A DNA stretch of 64,000 bases from an uncultured Bacteroidales bacterium. Lineage in GTDB: Bacteria > Bacteroidota > Bacteroidia > Bacteroidales > WCHB1-69. The notes under the pieces were generated by a model. That model searched no databases. It was given only the letters and a program-made list of their open reading frames with translations, and was not told the origin of the DNA. The stretch spans positions 42,877-106,876 of the forward strand of contig CALECM010000105.1 of NCBI GenBank assembly GCA_937949745.1, given 5' to 3'. The position numbers and the translations under genes were made by a program. Below, in pieces: positions 44,695 through 54,718 of the stretch; the stretch's first letter is position 1, and each line of letters opens with the position of its first letter.

Positions 44695-46017
44695 ATGATC
44701 GAGAGATATTCTAGACCTGAAATAAGCACTATCTGGACGGAAGAAAATAAATTCAATGCTTATCTGAAAGTAGAGATCGAAGCTGCTGCTGCCTGGAGTA
44801 AACTGGGAGTAATCCCGGAAAACGAAGTGGAATTGCTCAGGCAAAACGCCTCTTTTGATATTGCCAGGATTCATGAGCTGGAAAAAGAAACCCGGCACGA
44901 TATCGTAGCTTTCACCCGTACGGTAAGCGAATCGTTAGGCAAAGAGAAGAAATGGGTCCACTACGGTCTTACCTCCACAGATGTAGTGGATACTGCCAAT
45001 GGTTATTTACTTAAACAGGTCAACAAAATCTTAAAAAAGGACCTGGCGCGTTTATCGGAGGTATTGAAAAAAAGAGCGTATGAATTTAAAGGTACTCCCT
45101 GTATCGGAAGAACACACGGCGTACATGCCGATATCACTTCCCTGGGATTGAAATGGGCGTTGTGGTATGATGAAATGGAACGGAATATCCGGAGGTTCAA
45201 TGATGCCGCCAATGATGTGGAATGCGGAAAGATCAGCGGTGCCGTGGGTAATTTTGCCAATACTCCTCCTTTTGTACAGGATTATGTATGTGAGCAACTC
45301 GGCATTAACTCCTCTTCCATCTCTACGCAAACTCTCCAGCGTGACCGTCACGCCGCCTATATGGCATCCATTGCGCTGATCGGAGCTACCCTTGAAAAAA
45401 TGGCTACGGAAGTCCGCCACTGGCAAAGGACAGAAGTAAGGGAAGCTGAAGAATCTTTCGGTAAAGGACAAAAAGGATCATCCGCCATGCCTCATAAACG
45501 GAATCCCGTCGGCAGTGAAAATATCGTAGGATGCTCCAGGGTACTCAGGGGTTATATGATCACCACTTACGAAAATGTACCTTTATGGCATGAACGGGAT
45601 ATTTCCCATTCCGCCGCGGAACGCATAGTATTGCCAGACGCAACCATACTACTGGATTATATGTTGAACCGTTTTACGGATATTCTGGAAAATCTCGTTA
45701 TTTTTTCCGAGAATATGCTCAAAAATATTTACCTGACCCAAAAAGTGATCTTCGCCCAACGTGTAATGAACGCGCTCATTAATAAAGGTATGTCACGGGA
45801 AGAGGCCTATGACCTGGTCCAGCTCATTTCCATGACCGCTTGGTTTGAATCCAAAGATTTTCAGGAATTGCTTAAACTCAACAAAGTAGTCTGTCAATAT
45901 TTAAACGTGGAAGAACTTGCCGGTTGTTTTACCCTGGATTACTATTTCGTGCACGTGGATGAGATTTTCGACAGGGTATTCAACAAACAACTTTCTCCCG
46001 TAAAATCATCTTGTTAA
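44695..46017 (+). CDS. purB: adenylosuccinate lyase
   Basis: ORF 44665..46017; ATG 44695 (MIERYSRPEIS) lies 19 nt after a -7 box. SSAMPHKRNP signature. Confidence 0.9.
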   Translation: MIERYSRPEISTIWTEENKFNAYLKVEIEAAAAWSKLGVIPENEVELLRQNASFDIARIHELEKETRHDIVAFTRTVSESLGKEKKWVHYGLTSTDVVDTANGYLLKQVNKILKKDLARLSEVLKKRAYEFKGTPCIGRTHGVHADITSLGLKWALWYDEMERNIRRFNDAANDVECGKISGAVGNFANTPPFVQDYVCEQLGINSSSISTQTLQRDRHAAYMASIALIGATLEKMATEVRHWQRTEVREAEESFGKGQKGSSAMPHKRNPVGSENIVGCSRVLRGYMITTYENVPLWHERDISHSAAERIVLPDATILLDYMLNRFTDILENLVIFSENMLKNIYLTQKVIFAQRVMNALINKGMSREEAYDLVQLISMTAWFESKDFQELLKLNKVVCQYLNVEELAGCFTLDYYFVHVDEIFDRVFNKQLSPVKSSC

Positions 46018-46035
46018 CCCACTTCTTCTTCGGTG

Positions 46036-46380
46036 GGCGCATACCTGACGGCATGCGGAAAGTTATGAGTTTGTAAGGTTACCCAGCGGGAATGCCTAAA
46101 AGCATTCGTTCGTTTTGTGAAAGATATCTTTCATCCACTTTCTAACTTCCTATTTTCATCCTTACAGGCGCTACCTAAAGGCATGCAGAGACTTAGAGTA
46201 GTTTTTCCGGTTACCCAGCGGGAATGCCTAAAGGCATTCGTATGTCCTGATTTTTAATTGAGGATTTGAATTTATCCGAATATCTTTCTTTCAGAGCATT
46301 TTTCTGAATCCCGTCAGGGATTCCCGCGTGGTTGCTTTTCAAATTGGGAATAATTTTTGCATGCCTTTAGGTATGCTCCA
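46036..46380. repeat. cluster of three ~130-bp REP-like units (two direct, one inverted), each with two hairpin boxes
   Basis: ggttacccagcgggaatgcctaaaagcattcgt (46077-46109) is repeated as ggttacccagcgggaatgcctaaaggcattcgt (46209-46241). gcgcatacctgacggcatgcgg (from about 46037) is repeated as gcgctacctaaaggcatgcag (from about 46168). The inverted unit covers about 46305-46380 (gaatcccgtcagggattcccgcgtggtt ... tgcatgcctttaggtatgctcc). Confidence 0.7.
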
Positions 46381-46451
46381 TTGTTATTCCATTCCGAAGA
46401 AAGATTTTTATACTATTATTACCGTAATACTACATCTTTAGATTAAAATGC

Positions 46452-46459
46452 TATATTTG
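46452..46459 (+). promoter_or_regulatory. Bacteroidota -7 box (TAnnTTTG)
   Basis: TATATTTG, 24 nt upstream of ATG 46484. Confidence 0.5.
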
Positions 46460-46483
46460 CACCATACATTAAGGTAAATAACG

Positions 46484-49060
46484 ATGAAAAAAGTTTTTGC
46501 CATCCTGTTCTTTCATACAATTTTATTTGTCTTAAACGTCAGAATTGTAAATGCCCAGATCCCTTCCACACAGGGAACGGAATTTTATTTCTCATTTATG
46601 AGGAACGGTTACCGGTGCCAGCCCTATCCGGAAAATGACAAATTAACGGTTATCGCAAGTGCCGCCAGGAATTGTTCGGTAACGGTAAGCAACCCGAATA
46701 CAGGATGGAGCCAGTCCCATTCTTTAACGGCTAACGGAGTTACCGTCATCGCCATACCGGATCTTCAGGGTTATAATACCGGTTCGGAAATTATTGAAAA
46801 TAAAGGGCTACTGGTTACCTCCACCGATACTATTTCTTTATATATAGCCAATGAAGCTACCAACTCTTTCGACGCCGCCAATGTTTTACCACTGGAAGCC
46901 CTGGGCAGCCACTATATTGTGCAAAACATTTCACCCTCACCCGTTTCCTGCCAAAATGAAAATTTGAGTTGTTTCCTCATCGTGGCCACGGAAGACAGTA
47001 CCATTGTGGATATTACGCCAAAAAAAAACACATTTAACGGGCATAATGCCAATGTTACTTTTTCAATAACCCTTAACAGGGGCAATGCTTATCAGGTCTT
47101 TTCAAGACCGGAAGATCTTAACGGCGATTTTTCAGGGACCGAGATCCAAAGCCGTGACTGTAAAAGAATAGCCGTATTTAACGGGAATGTATTGACCGGC
47201 ATACCTTCGGACCGGGATATGGGAGTGGACCATATTTTTGAACAGGCGATGCCAACGGAATATTGGGGTAAAGAATTTGCCGTTACGGCATCTTTAAACC
47301 GCTCCGGAGATTTTGTACGTATCACGGCCCTGGAAAATAATACCGGAATTTTTATTAATGGTATTTCTGCAACTACTCTCAATAAGGGCGAAACCTATCA
47401 GTTTTTTATATCCGCAAGCAGTCCGAGTTGTTATATTACCAGCAGTCGGCCCTGTGCCGTTAACCTTTATCAAACGACCAGTTTTTACGACAATTCACCA
47501 CTGGGAGATCCGTCTATGGTCTGGATCGCGCCTGTAGAACAACAGATTAAAAAAATAACTTTCAGTACATTTAGCGCTCAGAGCATCACGGAACATTACG
47601 TTAATATCATCACTCATACGGAAACGGTAAACTCCATTCAACTGGATAACCTGAATGTCGGAAATCAATTTACGCCCCTGAATGGAAATCCGGAACTTTC
47701 TTTCGCCCGTATTGTTATCCCGCCGGGAATGCATACTCTTCAAAGTAATTCGGGGTTTACCGCGCATGTATACGGATTCGGACTCACACAGGGCTACGCG
47801 TATTCCGTAGGATCTTCAACCCTGAGTATGGAACGGGAGTTGCTGGTAGACGATATCCCGAGCAGCCAGGTAAGCCTGCATAAAATTTGCCGTGATGATT
47901 CCGTCGCCTTCGAAGTCAAGGTTAATTATGATATAGATTCTGTTTACTGGTATTTCGGAGACGGGAATCATGATGAAGGCGTGAGGTTGAATCACCGGTA
48001 TATCCAACACGGGAATTACGATGTAACCGCCATTATTAAAAGAGCTTTCGTAAATTGTTACGGAAATTTTTATGATACGCTCAATACCCGGATCCATGTG
48101 GGCGAAAGTCCGGTTATTGATGACAGTGTAACGATCTGCCTGCATGATTTCCCGTTCCATTACAAGGATTCCGTTTTCATTAGTCCCGGGAATTATATGG
48201 TAATCGGGAAGTCCTCATTATCCTGTGACACCGTATTTTATCTCTGTTTACAATCCATAACCTCCTATTTATTTGAAACCCACGATACTATTTGTGAAGG
48301 AGAGACTTACCATTTCAGGGGAATGGAAATCTCAACCGGCGGGATTTACGAGGATAATTTTATCACGACTAACGGATGCGACAGTAATTACAAATTAATT
48401 TTAGTCGTTAATCCTTCTTACGATACCCTCATTGAAGACCATATCTGTATCGGAAAGCACTACCGCAGAAACGGCTTTGACCTTCCACCTCATCCTTTAC
48501 CGGGAAATTACGAATACCTTAAAAATTTAAAAACCGAAAGAGGTTGCGACAGTGTGATCGCATTAAAACTTTATATTCCGGAAACAACGGTGAACATAGA
48601 AGTAGACGGAGATCTTTGCGAGGACGGATATTCTGTACTGACCGCCCATACGTCCAATTCAAATATTTTATGGAATACCGGTGAAAGCACTCCTGTTATC
48701 GAAATAGTGAGGCCGGGTAAATATTCCGTGACGGTGGAAGAAAATGAATGCCTCGCTATAGATACGGTATCCATAGAAGGATGCCCTTTCAAACTTTATT
48801 TTCCCAATGCCATTTCCCCAAGGGACGTAAACGGGATTAATGATTACTTCTGTTTATCCAGCACGGACCACATTGCTATTTTCGACATTACCATCTACAA
48901 CCGTTGGGGAAATGTGGTTTTCTTCTCTGCTGATGCAAATTTTCGTTGGGACGGTTCTTTCCGGGGAAGGGTTTTACCGGGAGTGTATACTTACATTATC
49001 CGTATAAAAACTACGGAGGGACCAGGCTATCATTACAAAGGCAGTATTACGGTTCTATAA
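46484..49060 (+). CDS. T9SS type-B (gliding-motility-associated) C-terminal-domain protein with IgGFc-binding-like N-terminal domain and a PKD domain
   Basis: GTEFYFSFMRN N-terminal domain. PKD-like YWYFGDGNHDEG..HRYIQHGNYDVTAII. C-terminus FPNAISPRDVNGINDYF...IYNRWGNVVF...WDG...GVYTYII. Confidence 0.75.
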   Translation: MKKVFAILFFHTILFVLNVRIVNAQIPSTQGTEFYFSFMRNGYRCQPYPENDKLTVIASAARNCSVTVSNPNTGWSQSHSLTANGVTVIAIPDLQGYNTGSEIIENKGLLVTSTDTISLYIANEATNSFDAANVLPLEALGSHYIVQNISPSPVSCQNENLSCFLIVATEDSTIVDITPKKNTFNGHNANVTFSITLNRGNAYQVFSRPEDLNGDFSGTEIQSRDCKRIAVFNGNVLTGIPSDRDMGVDHIFEQAMPTEYWGKEFAVTASLNRSGDFVRITALENNTGIFINGISATTLNKGETYQFFISASSPSCYITSSRPCAVNLYQTTSFYDNSPLGDPSMVWIAPVEQQIKKITFSTFSAQSITEHYVNIITHTETVNSIQLDNLNVGNQFTPLNGNPELSFARIVIPPGMHTLQSNSGFTAHVYGFGLTQGYAYSVGSSTLSMERELLVDDIPSSQVSLHKICRDDSVAFEVKVNYDIDSVYWYFGDGNHDEGVRLNHRYIQHGNYDVTAIIKRAFVNCYGNFYDTLNTRIHVGESPVIDDSVTICLHDFPFHYKDSVFISPGNYMVIGKSSLSCDTVFYLCLQSITSYLFETHDTICEGETYHFRGMEISTGGIYEDNFITTNGCDSNYKLILVVNPSYDTLIEDHICIGKHYRRNGFDLPPHPLPGNYEYLKNLKTERGCDSVIALKLYIPETTVNIEVDGDLCEDGYSVLTAHTSNSNILWNTGESTPVIEIVRPGKYSVTVEENECLAIDTVSIEGCPFKLYFPNAISPRDVNGINDYFCLSSTDHIAIFDITIYNRWGNVVFFSADANFRWDGSFRGRVLPGVYTYIIRIKTTEGPGYHYKGSITVL

Positions 49061-52000
49061 TGTTATCGCGTTTTGCGGATTTTTTAGCTTTCTTTTTATT
49101 TTTCCGCCTGAAAGAATCAAGAATATCTTTCCCGTTATTAAATTCCTGCTTGTATACCAGCGCTACACCGGCCGCTCCGTTATTCCGTTGTCCTATATAA
49201 TCGGATACCAGATATTCGTCATTGGAAACAAAAGCTTTAAGTCGCCAGTTCCCCGGTTCATTAAGCAGGAATTCGATACTGAAATCCCCGATAAAATTGT
49301 TGTAATTCTCTTCCGTAGATCCTTCCGCATAACCGAGATTGGTTTGCAGGATAATCCGGTCGTTCCAAACCGGTATAGAGGCATTTATGCTATATTCCTG
49401 TTCATTTTCCCGTCCCATATTACGCATATTGAAACCCAACTCTCCATATTTAAATTGTTGTGAAAGGAAATTACTAACCACGTTGGATAACATTTCCGAA
49501 CCTGCATCGGTACCGATGGTCGTAATCTGGTCACGGGTGAGATCGTTATCCACGGTAAATTTCGACATAAGGAACAGTGAAAAGAATTGGCGCGCGGCAC
49601 TTCCTTCGTTAGAAGCGTCGATCGCGATATTAAGACGGGCATTATCTTCCGCACTCGCGTTGGGCAGTTCGAAAGAGAATCCGATACTCGGCATCATCAG
49701 ACTTCCGCTCAGGTTGATATAGGCATTGACCGGAGCTCTTCTTGTGGAAGCTTCCGGAATGATCTCATTTAACGGGGCAGTGGTCTTATACAAGGCTTGT
49801 GCGTCTATCTCCGAATTATCAACAGGACCGTTAAAATGGATCGTACCGCCGGGTACAATGTCAAATTTGGCATTCAATAAAACGTCACGCAATGACATGG
49901 CGAATTTTCCCGATACGATCGAGAGTATCCCGGCAAGGTTCAATCCGGCTTCATCCTGGTAGCTAAGTTGCAGGATACCGTCGGCCCGGGCCGTCAGGGA
50001 GCCTCCAATAGAGGGATCCAGGTCAAGCTGGACTTCCGCATCCTTATTAAGTTGGAAAACAAAATCAAAATCCAGTGCCGTACTCGTATTTTCCGCATCC
50101 TGATTCTTACGGGCTGCCCGTTGGGATTGGTCCACTTTAAAACGGATACCTTCACTCTCAAATACCCGTTCGGAAAAAGTAACGGGCAGAAATAATTTAG
50201 TACCGGGCAGGGTAGTTAAGTTGGTTCCTCTAAAAGATAAATTCTCCGTATTCCCGATAATGGAGACATTTCCTGAAACAAAACCGGTACCGTAGAAAGG
50301 CGAATCGGTTTGTTTCGGCGAATTGAGTACCAATAAACGATCGGTGGCTATGGCCAGATCCAATTCAAAATTTTTAAACTTCTGATGATGTACGTATCCG
50401 GTCAGCCGTCCACGGTTCCCATGTATATCCGACAAGATAATATCCGGAAATTCAATTCCTTTCTGATTGAAATATATTTCCTGATTATTCAGGCTGTAGA
50501 CCGTATTCAATGGTTTTATACCTAACTCTCCGTTGTGGACCGTAACTTTACCGTCGAAATAGGTAGAATCGGGATTCGCGATAAAAGAAATCTCACCGGA
50601 AGCGTAACCGGAAACCTCATGGCTGAAAGAAGCCAGAAAAGGTGATAGGAAACCTATCCGTAAAGTATCGATATTAGCCTTAATATCCAGCGATCTTTTA
50701 TCCACATGATAAAAACCGCTGAGATTTGCCAATTTAAGGGCTTCATCGTTATAGTTTCTCAGGTTATAATTTTCGATAACAGCCGAATTGAGTGTCCTCT
50801 CACGGGAGAATAATCCGCCGCTAAAACCGATGGAAGCCCCACCGGGTGCCGCTGCCGAAAGAAAAAGATTCCCGAAATATTCCTCATTGAACATAAAATC
50901 GCTGACAAGTAATTTTCCGGTAACCATCCTTTTATTATTCCAGGATGATAACCTGACTTTCGCCGAAATATCTCCTCCGAAACTCAAATTAATATTTTCA
51001 GCGAAAGTATTAAAAGGCGAAAGGTCGACATTCGTGATGTTCACATTCAGATCGTCATTCTTTTGAAATGAAAATACACCGTCTACACTTAGCCGGCTGA
51101 TTCCGGATTCCAGAATCACATTATCGAAATCGATATGGTCGGACCTGAAATGGACCAGATGATCCCGGTTAAATTGCCAGCGAATGTTTTTTATATCGAT
51201 CAAAGACCTTGCGATCCGTAGTTGTATATCATCTTTATTATTGGCATCCACAATACCGGAAAGATAAGAAATACCGTCCGAAATCGAAGCGGGATTTCTC
51301 CATTGAAATCCGTAATAAATCTGATTGTTAACAAAAGCGGAACCTAAAGCGAGATGCGTAAAAACGATATTGTTCTTTTTCTGCGGGATCAGGATGCTGT
51401 CGGTTCTCAGAGTCAGCTGGAAAGCGGTGTCTACCGCTTCCCTGCCCCGTACATTAAGGTTATGGACCTGCACTATATCTTTATAGCGGATACGACGGCT
51501 GTTGATCTCGAGGGTATCATTCCGGTCGGAACTCAGATAGATATTGCAGGTTGATGAAGGAGCTATGCGTAAACCCGGAACGAAAATCGACAATATATCC
51601 CTGGTCTGGAATGTTTCCACGTTCAACCGGAAATAGGTCTCTTTATCCGGTAAAACGGTTTCTCCGGTAACGGCAATATTGTCATGAAATGCGGGAAATA
51701 AATTCGGGAAATAACGGTATCCCACCAATAATAAAGAATCTACAATTCCGTCCAGTTTATAGTTGGTTGTTAAAGTGGCATTCACAATACCCGAAGTGAG
51801 GATAAACTTATGAAGCCCGGAAGCCGTATTGATAGCCGTTAACCTGATCCTTTCCCCGTCAACCCTTTTATCTTCGATCTTATAAGTAATACCGTCAACA
51901 CCAAAAAAACCGTTGATGCCATCGATGCGCCTGCCGTTTACCATTAATTCCAGTGAATCGAACGAAATTTCGATTGACGGATTTTGCCGGACGAATAAAA

Positions 52001-53672
52001 TCGCTTTGTCTATTCCCTGGGCCGAAGCAGAGTCAACTTCAGGCATATAGCGGACGATATTTCCCGGAGCAAAACGGTCGAAAGAGGCATAACTTTTAAA
52101 GTTGGGGACCGGTGTAGTCAAATCCATGATCCCTGTAAAACGGAAATTGATATTAGTATCGGCCGACACCACCTGGGCACTATATACCTTGCCGTCGATA
52201 CTCCCGTTAATGGTCACATCATGCAAAGGATAACCCAACAGGTCAAAACGGCTGATATTCCCATTTAGAGCAGCTTTGGCGGAAGCCAGTAATTTTTCCC
52301 CGTACCGGGGAGAGCCGGCGGTTCCTTTTATCCCGACGCCACCTGCCACCATACCCATGTATTTATATTCATCCAGTACACGACCCAGATTAAACCCGGG
52401 TGTGGAAATTTTTCCCCTGTATTGCAATCTTTTCCCGACCTCATCCACCTTAAAATCCACCATGGCATTGCCTGCATCCGTATGGACCTTCAACTGAGTT
52501 TCAAAATGGGTCAGTTGTCCCGAATAAAAACCGCTTACACTGGCATTCTTTATATTCATAACCTGCTCCGGAAGGGATATGGTATTACCGCGAGGCAGGG
52601 TAAAATGCGTCAGCTCTTCGAAGTTTACAGCGGCATTATCGATATCGAGATCCATATATACATTACGAATATCCGTGATATTGGCTAATCGCATATCTCC
52701 GGCAAAGGAAGTTTTCCGTCCGTAGCGGACCAGAAAATTTTTAATATCCAGATTATTTACGGGTCCCCTGATATTCCCGGCGATGACTATTTTCTCCCGC
52801 ATTCCGTCGATAGCGGGAGCAAAGGCGGCCACGTCGTCCATATCCAGTATGGAAGGACTGATATCGGCTACGATCGAAACGCTATCCAGAAAAGAACCGT
52901 AACTTTTCCAGCTATCGTAATAAAAAGCCAAATCCATGTAAAGAATACTCTGGGGCGTAACCAGGCGGGCATTATTAAAAAACAGATTACGTCCGTTGAT
53001 CCTGAAATCGGCGGTAGCTTCCTTCAGGGAAAAGCCGGTGTACTGGTCGAAAGCGAGTTTGGTGATCTTGGCGGAAATATCATCCCCGTCAATATTGAAA
53101 TCGCGCGAATAGAAATCAATATCGTTCAATTGAAAAAAGGCATAATCTATTTTACTGTCATCACCATGATTAACCCGTGTCTCATCATTGATCAATGTAA
53201 AACGGCTCTTCCGCAATGTAAGCCTGTCAGCCCGCAACACCAAAGGTTTGGGTTCCTCGCTTTTCATTTTCTGCGTCCATACCGAAATATTAAGGGATTC
53301 ATCCCCTGCATATTTCCGTAATGTAACATCGGCTCCGTTAAATTGCAGATCGCCGAAAGAAAGCTTAAGGGGAGAAAACTGAACATTCCGGATACGGGTT
53401 TTTGCTTTATCTACCCGGATCATATCATTGTTATGATGGTCTTTAATCACGAAACCGTCAATGACCAGCTTTAACGCCGGATTAAGATAGATCCGGTCAA
53501 TGGAAATCTCGGTTTGCCAGTTATCGGAGAGCATGACCGTTACTTTCCGTACCAGCGCATTTTGGACAGGCGGAATGAAGACAAGCGTTACCAGGATCAG
53601 GTCCAATGCAATCAATATCCCTAAAATCCAGAGAATAACGATTGCTATTTTTTTAGTAACTTTGCGTTTCAA
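49047..53672 (-). CDS. TamB-like translocation/assembly module protein (AsmA-like N-terminus, DUF490-like C-terminus)
   Basis: N-terminal TM anchor KKIAIVILWILGILIALDLILVTLVF. Long beta-rich body. C-terminal INLSGSLMMPSIGFSFELP. Confidence 0.7.
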   Translation of the reverse strand: MKRKVTKKIAIVILWILGILIALDLILVTLVFIPPVQNALVRKVTVMLSDNWQTEISIDRIYLNPALKLVIDGFVIKDHHNNDMIRVDKAKTRIRNVQFSPLKLSFGDLQFNGADVTLRKYAGDESLNISVWTQKMKSEEPKPLVLRADRLTLRKSRFTLINDETRVNHGDDSKIDYAFFQLNDIDFYSRDFNIDGDDISAKITKLAFDQYTGFSLKEATADFRINGRNLFFNNARLVTPQSILYMDLAFYYDSWKSYGSFLDSVSIVADISPSILDMDDVAAFAPAIDGMREKIVIAGNIRGPVNNLDIKNFLVRYGRKTSFAGDMRLANITDIRNVYMDLDIDNAAVNFEELTHFTLPRGNTISLPEQVMNIKNASVSGFYSGQLTHFETQLKVHTDAGNAMVDFKVDEVGKRLQYRGKISTPGFNLGRVLDEYKYMGMVAGGVGIKGTAGSPRYGEKLLASAKAALNGNISRFDLLGYPLHDVTINGSIDGKVYSAQVVSADTNINFRFTGIMDLTTPVPNFKSYASFDRFAPGNIVRYMPEVDSASAQGIDKAILFVRQNPSIEISFDSLELMVNGRRIDGINGFFGVDGITYKIEDKRVDGERIRLTAINTASGLHKFILTSGIVNATLTTNYKLDGIVDSLLLVGYRYFPNLFPAFHDNIAVTGETVLPDKETYFRLNVETFQTRDILSIFVPGLRIAPSSTCNIYLSSDRNDTLEINSRRIRYKDIVQVHNLNVRGREAVDTAFQLTLRTDSILIPQKKNNIVFTHLALGSAFVNNQIYYGFQWRNPASISDGISYLSGIVDANNKDDIQLRIARSLIDIKNIRWQFNRDHLVHFRSDHIDFDNVILESGISRLSVDGVFSFQKNDDLNVNITNVDLSPFNTFAENINLSFGGDISAKVRLSSWNNKRMVTGKLLVSDFMFNEEYFGNLFLSAAAPGGASIGFSGGLFSRERTLNSAVIENYNLRNYNDEALKLANLSGFYHVDKRSLDIKANIDTLRIGFLSPFLASFSHEVSGYASGEISFIANPDSTYFDGKVTVHNGELGIKPLNTVYSLNNQEIYFNQKGIEFPDIILSDIHGNRGRLTGYVHHQKFKNFELDLAIATDRLLVLNSPKQTDSPFYGTGFVSGNVSIIGNTENLSFRGTNLTTLPGTKLFLPVTFSERVFESEGIRFKVDQSQRAARKNQDAENTSTALDFDFVFQLNKDAEVQLDLDPSIGGSLTARADGILQLSYQDEAGLNLAGILSIVSGKFAMSLRDVLLNAKFDIVPGGTIHFNGPVDNSEIDAQALYKTTAPLNEIIPEASTRRAPVNAYINLSGSLMMPSIGFSFELPNASAEDNARLNIAIDASNEGSAARQFFSLFLMSKFTVDNDLTRDQITTIGTDAGSEMLSNVVSNFLSQQFKYGELGFNMRNMGRENEQEYSINASIPVWNDRIILQTNLGYAEGSTEENYNNFIGDFSIEFLLNEPGNWRLKAFVSNDEYLVSDYIGQRNNGAAGVALVYKQEFNNGKDILDSFRRKNKKKAKKSAKRDNIIEP

Positions 53673-53689
53673 TTTGCCTTCTTAAAATT

Positions 53690-54718
53690 ATGTCCTATTA
53701 TATTCTGGGTATCGAATCTTCCTGCGATGACACCTCTGCAGCCGTTTTACAAGGGACGACCATATTATCTAACGTTATCGCCGGTCAAAAAGTACATGCC
53801 GAATATGGCGGGGTTGTACCTGAATTAGCGTCAAGGGCACATCAACAGAATATTATCCCGGTTATAGATACGGCACTCAAACTTGCAAAAATAAGTAAAA
53901 ATCAGTTATCCGCCATTGCGTATACGAATGGTCCGGGTTTACTGGGATCCTTGCTGGTAGGAAGTTCTTTTGCCAAAGCAATGGCTTATTGCCTGAACAT
54001 TCCTTTACTGGAAATCGATCATCTTCAGGCACATGTACTGGCGATCTTTGCCGATAAACCCGGGGAAGAAAAACCCAAACCGCAATTTCCGTTCCTGTGC
54101 CTTACCGTTTCCGGAGGCCATACCCAGATCCTGAAAGTAAACAGCTATTCCGATATGGAACTTTTGGGCGGAACAATCGATGATGCGGCAGGAGAGGCTT
54201 TCGATAAAGCCGCTAAAATACTGGGACTCTCATATCCCGGTGGACCTGTAATCGACAAACTGGCCCGGAACGGCGATCCCCACCGTTTTTCATTTTCCAC
54301 TGCTCATCTTTCCGGGATCCGTTACAGTTTCAGTGGTTTGAAAACCTCTTTCCTCTATTTTGTACGGGATAATTTAAAAAGCAATCCCTGTTTTATTGAA
54401 GAGAATATCCATGATCTGGCCGCTTCCATACAATATGCCATTATCTCTTCCCTTACCGATAAAATGAAAGAAGTATTCAGGCAATATGACTGTAAGGACG
54501 TAGCTATCGCCGGAGGTGTTTCCGCTAATTCGGGATTGAGAGATGCGATGCAGGACCTGGCCGGACGATACCAACGCCGGCTTTTTCTTCCGCAGTTAGA
54601 CCTGACGACCGACAATGCCGCTATGATCGCATTATGCGGTTATTTCAAGATGCTTGATCATGATTATTCTTCGATATCGGCTACACCTTATTCGTCAGCG
54701 CGGCAGCCCCTAAAATAG
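53690..54718 (+). CDS. tsaD: tRNA N6-adenosine threonylcarbamoyltransferase
   Basis: ILGIESSCDDTSAAV, GPGLLGSLLVG, SGGHTQ, GEAFDK, AGGVSAN. Confidence 0.9.
   Translation: MSYYILGIESSCDDTSAAVLQGTTILSNVIAGQKVHAEYGGVVPELASRAHQQNIIPVIDTALKLAKISKNQLSAIAYTNGPGLLGSLLVGSSFAKAMAYCLNIPLLEIDHLQAHVLAIFADKPGEEKPKPQFPFLCLTVSGGHTQILKVNSYSDMELLGGTIDDAAGEAFDKAAKILGLSYPGGPVIDKLARNGDPHRFSFSTAHLSGIRYSFSGLKTSFLYFVRDNLKSNPCFIEENIHDLAASIQYAIISSLTDKMKEVFRQYDCKDVAIAGGVSANSGLRDAMQDLAGRYQRRLFLPQLDLTTDNAAMIALCGYFKMLDHDYSSISATPYSSARQPLK

Noticed and set aside
46036-46380. Possible CRISPR array from the repeated ggttacccagcgggaatgcc... units
   Set aside because: There are only two direct copies plus one inverted copy. 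The unit length is ~130 bp and the 'spacers' are themselves partly repeated. No cas genes are in the window.
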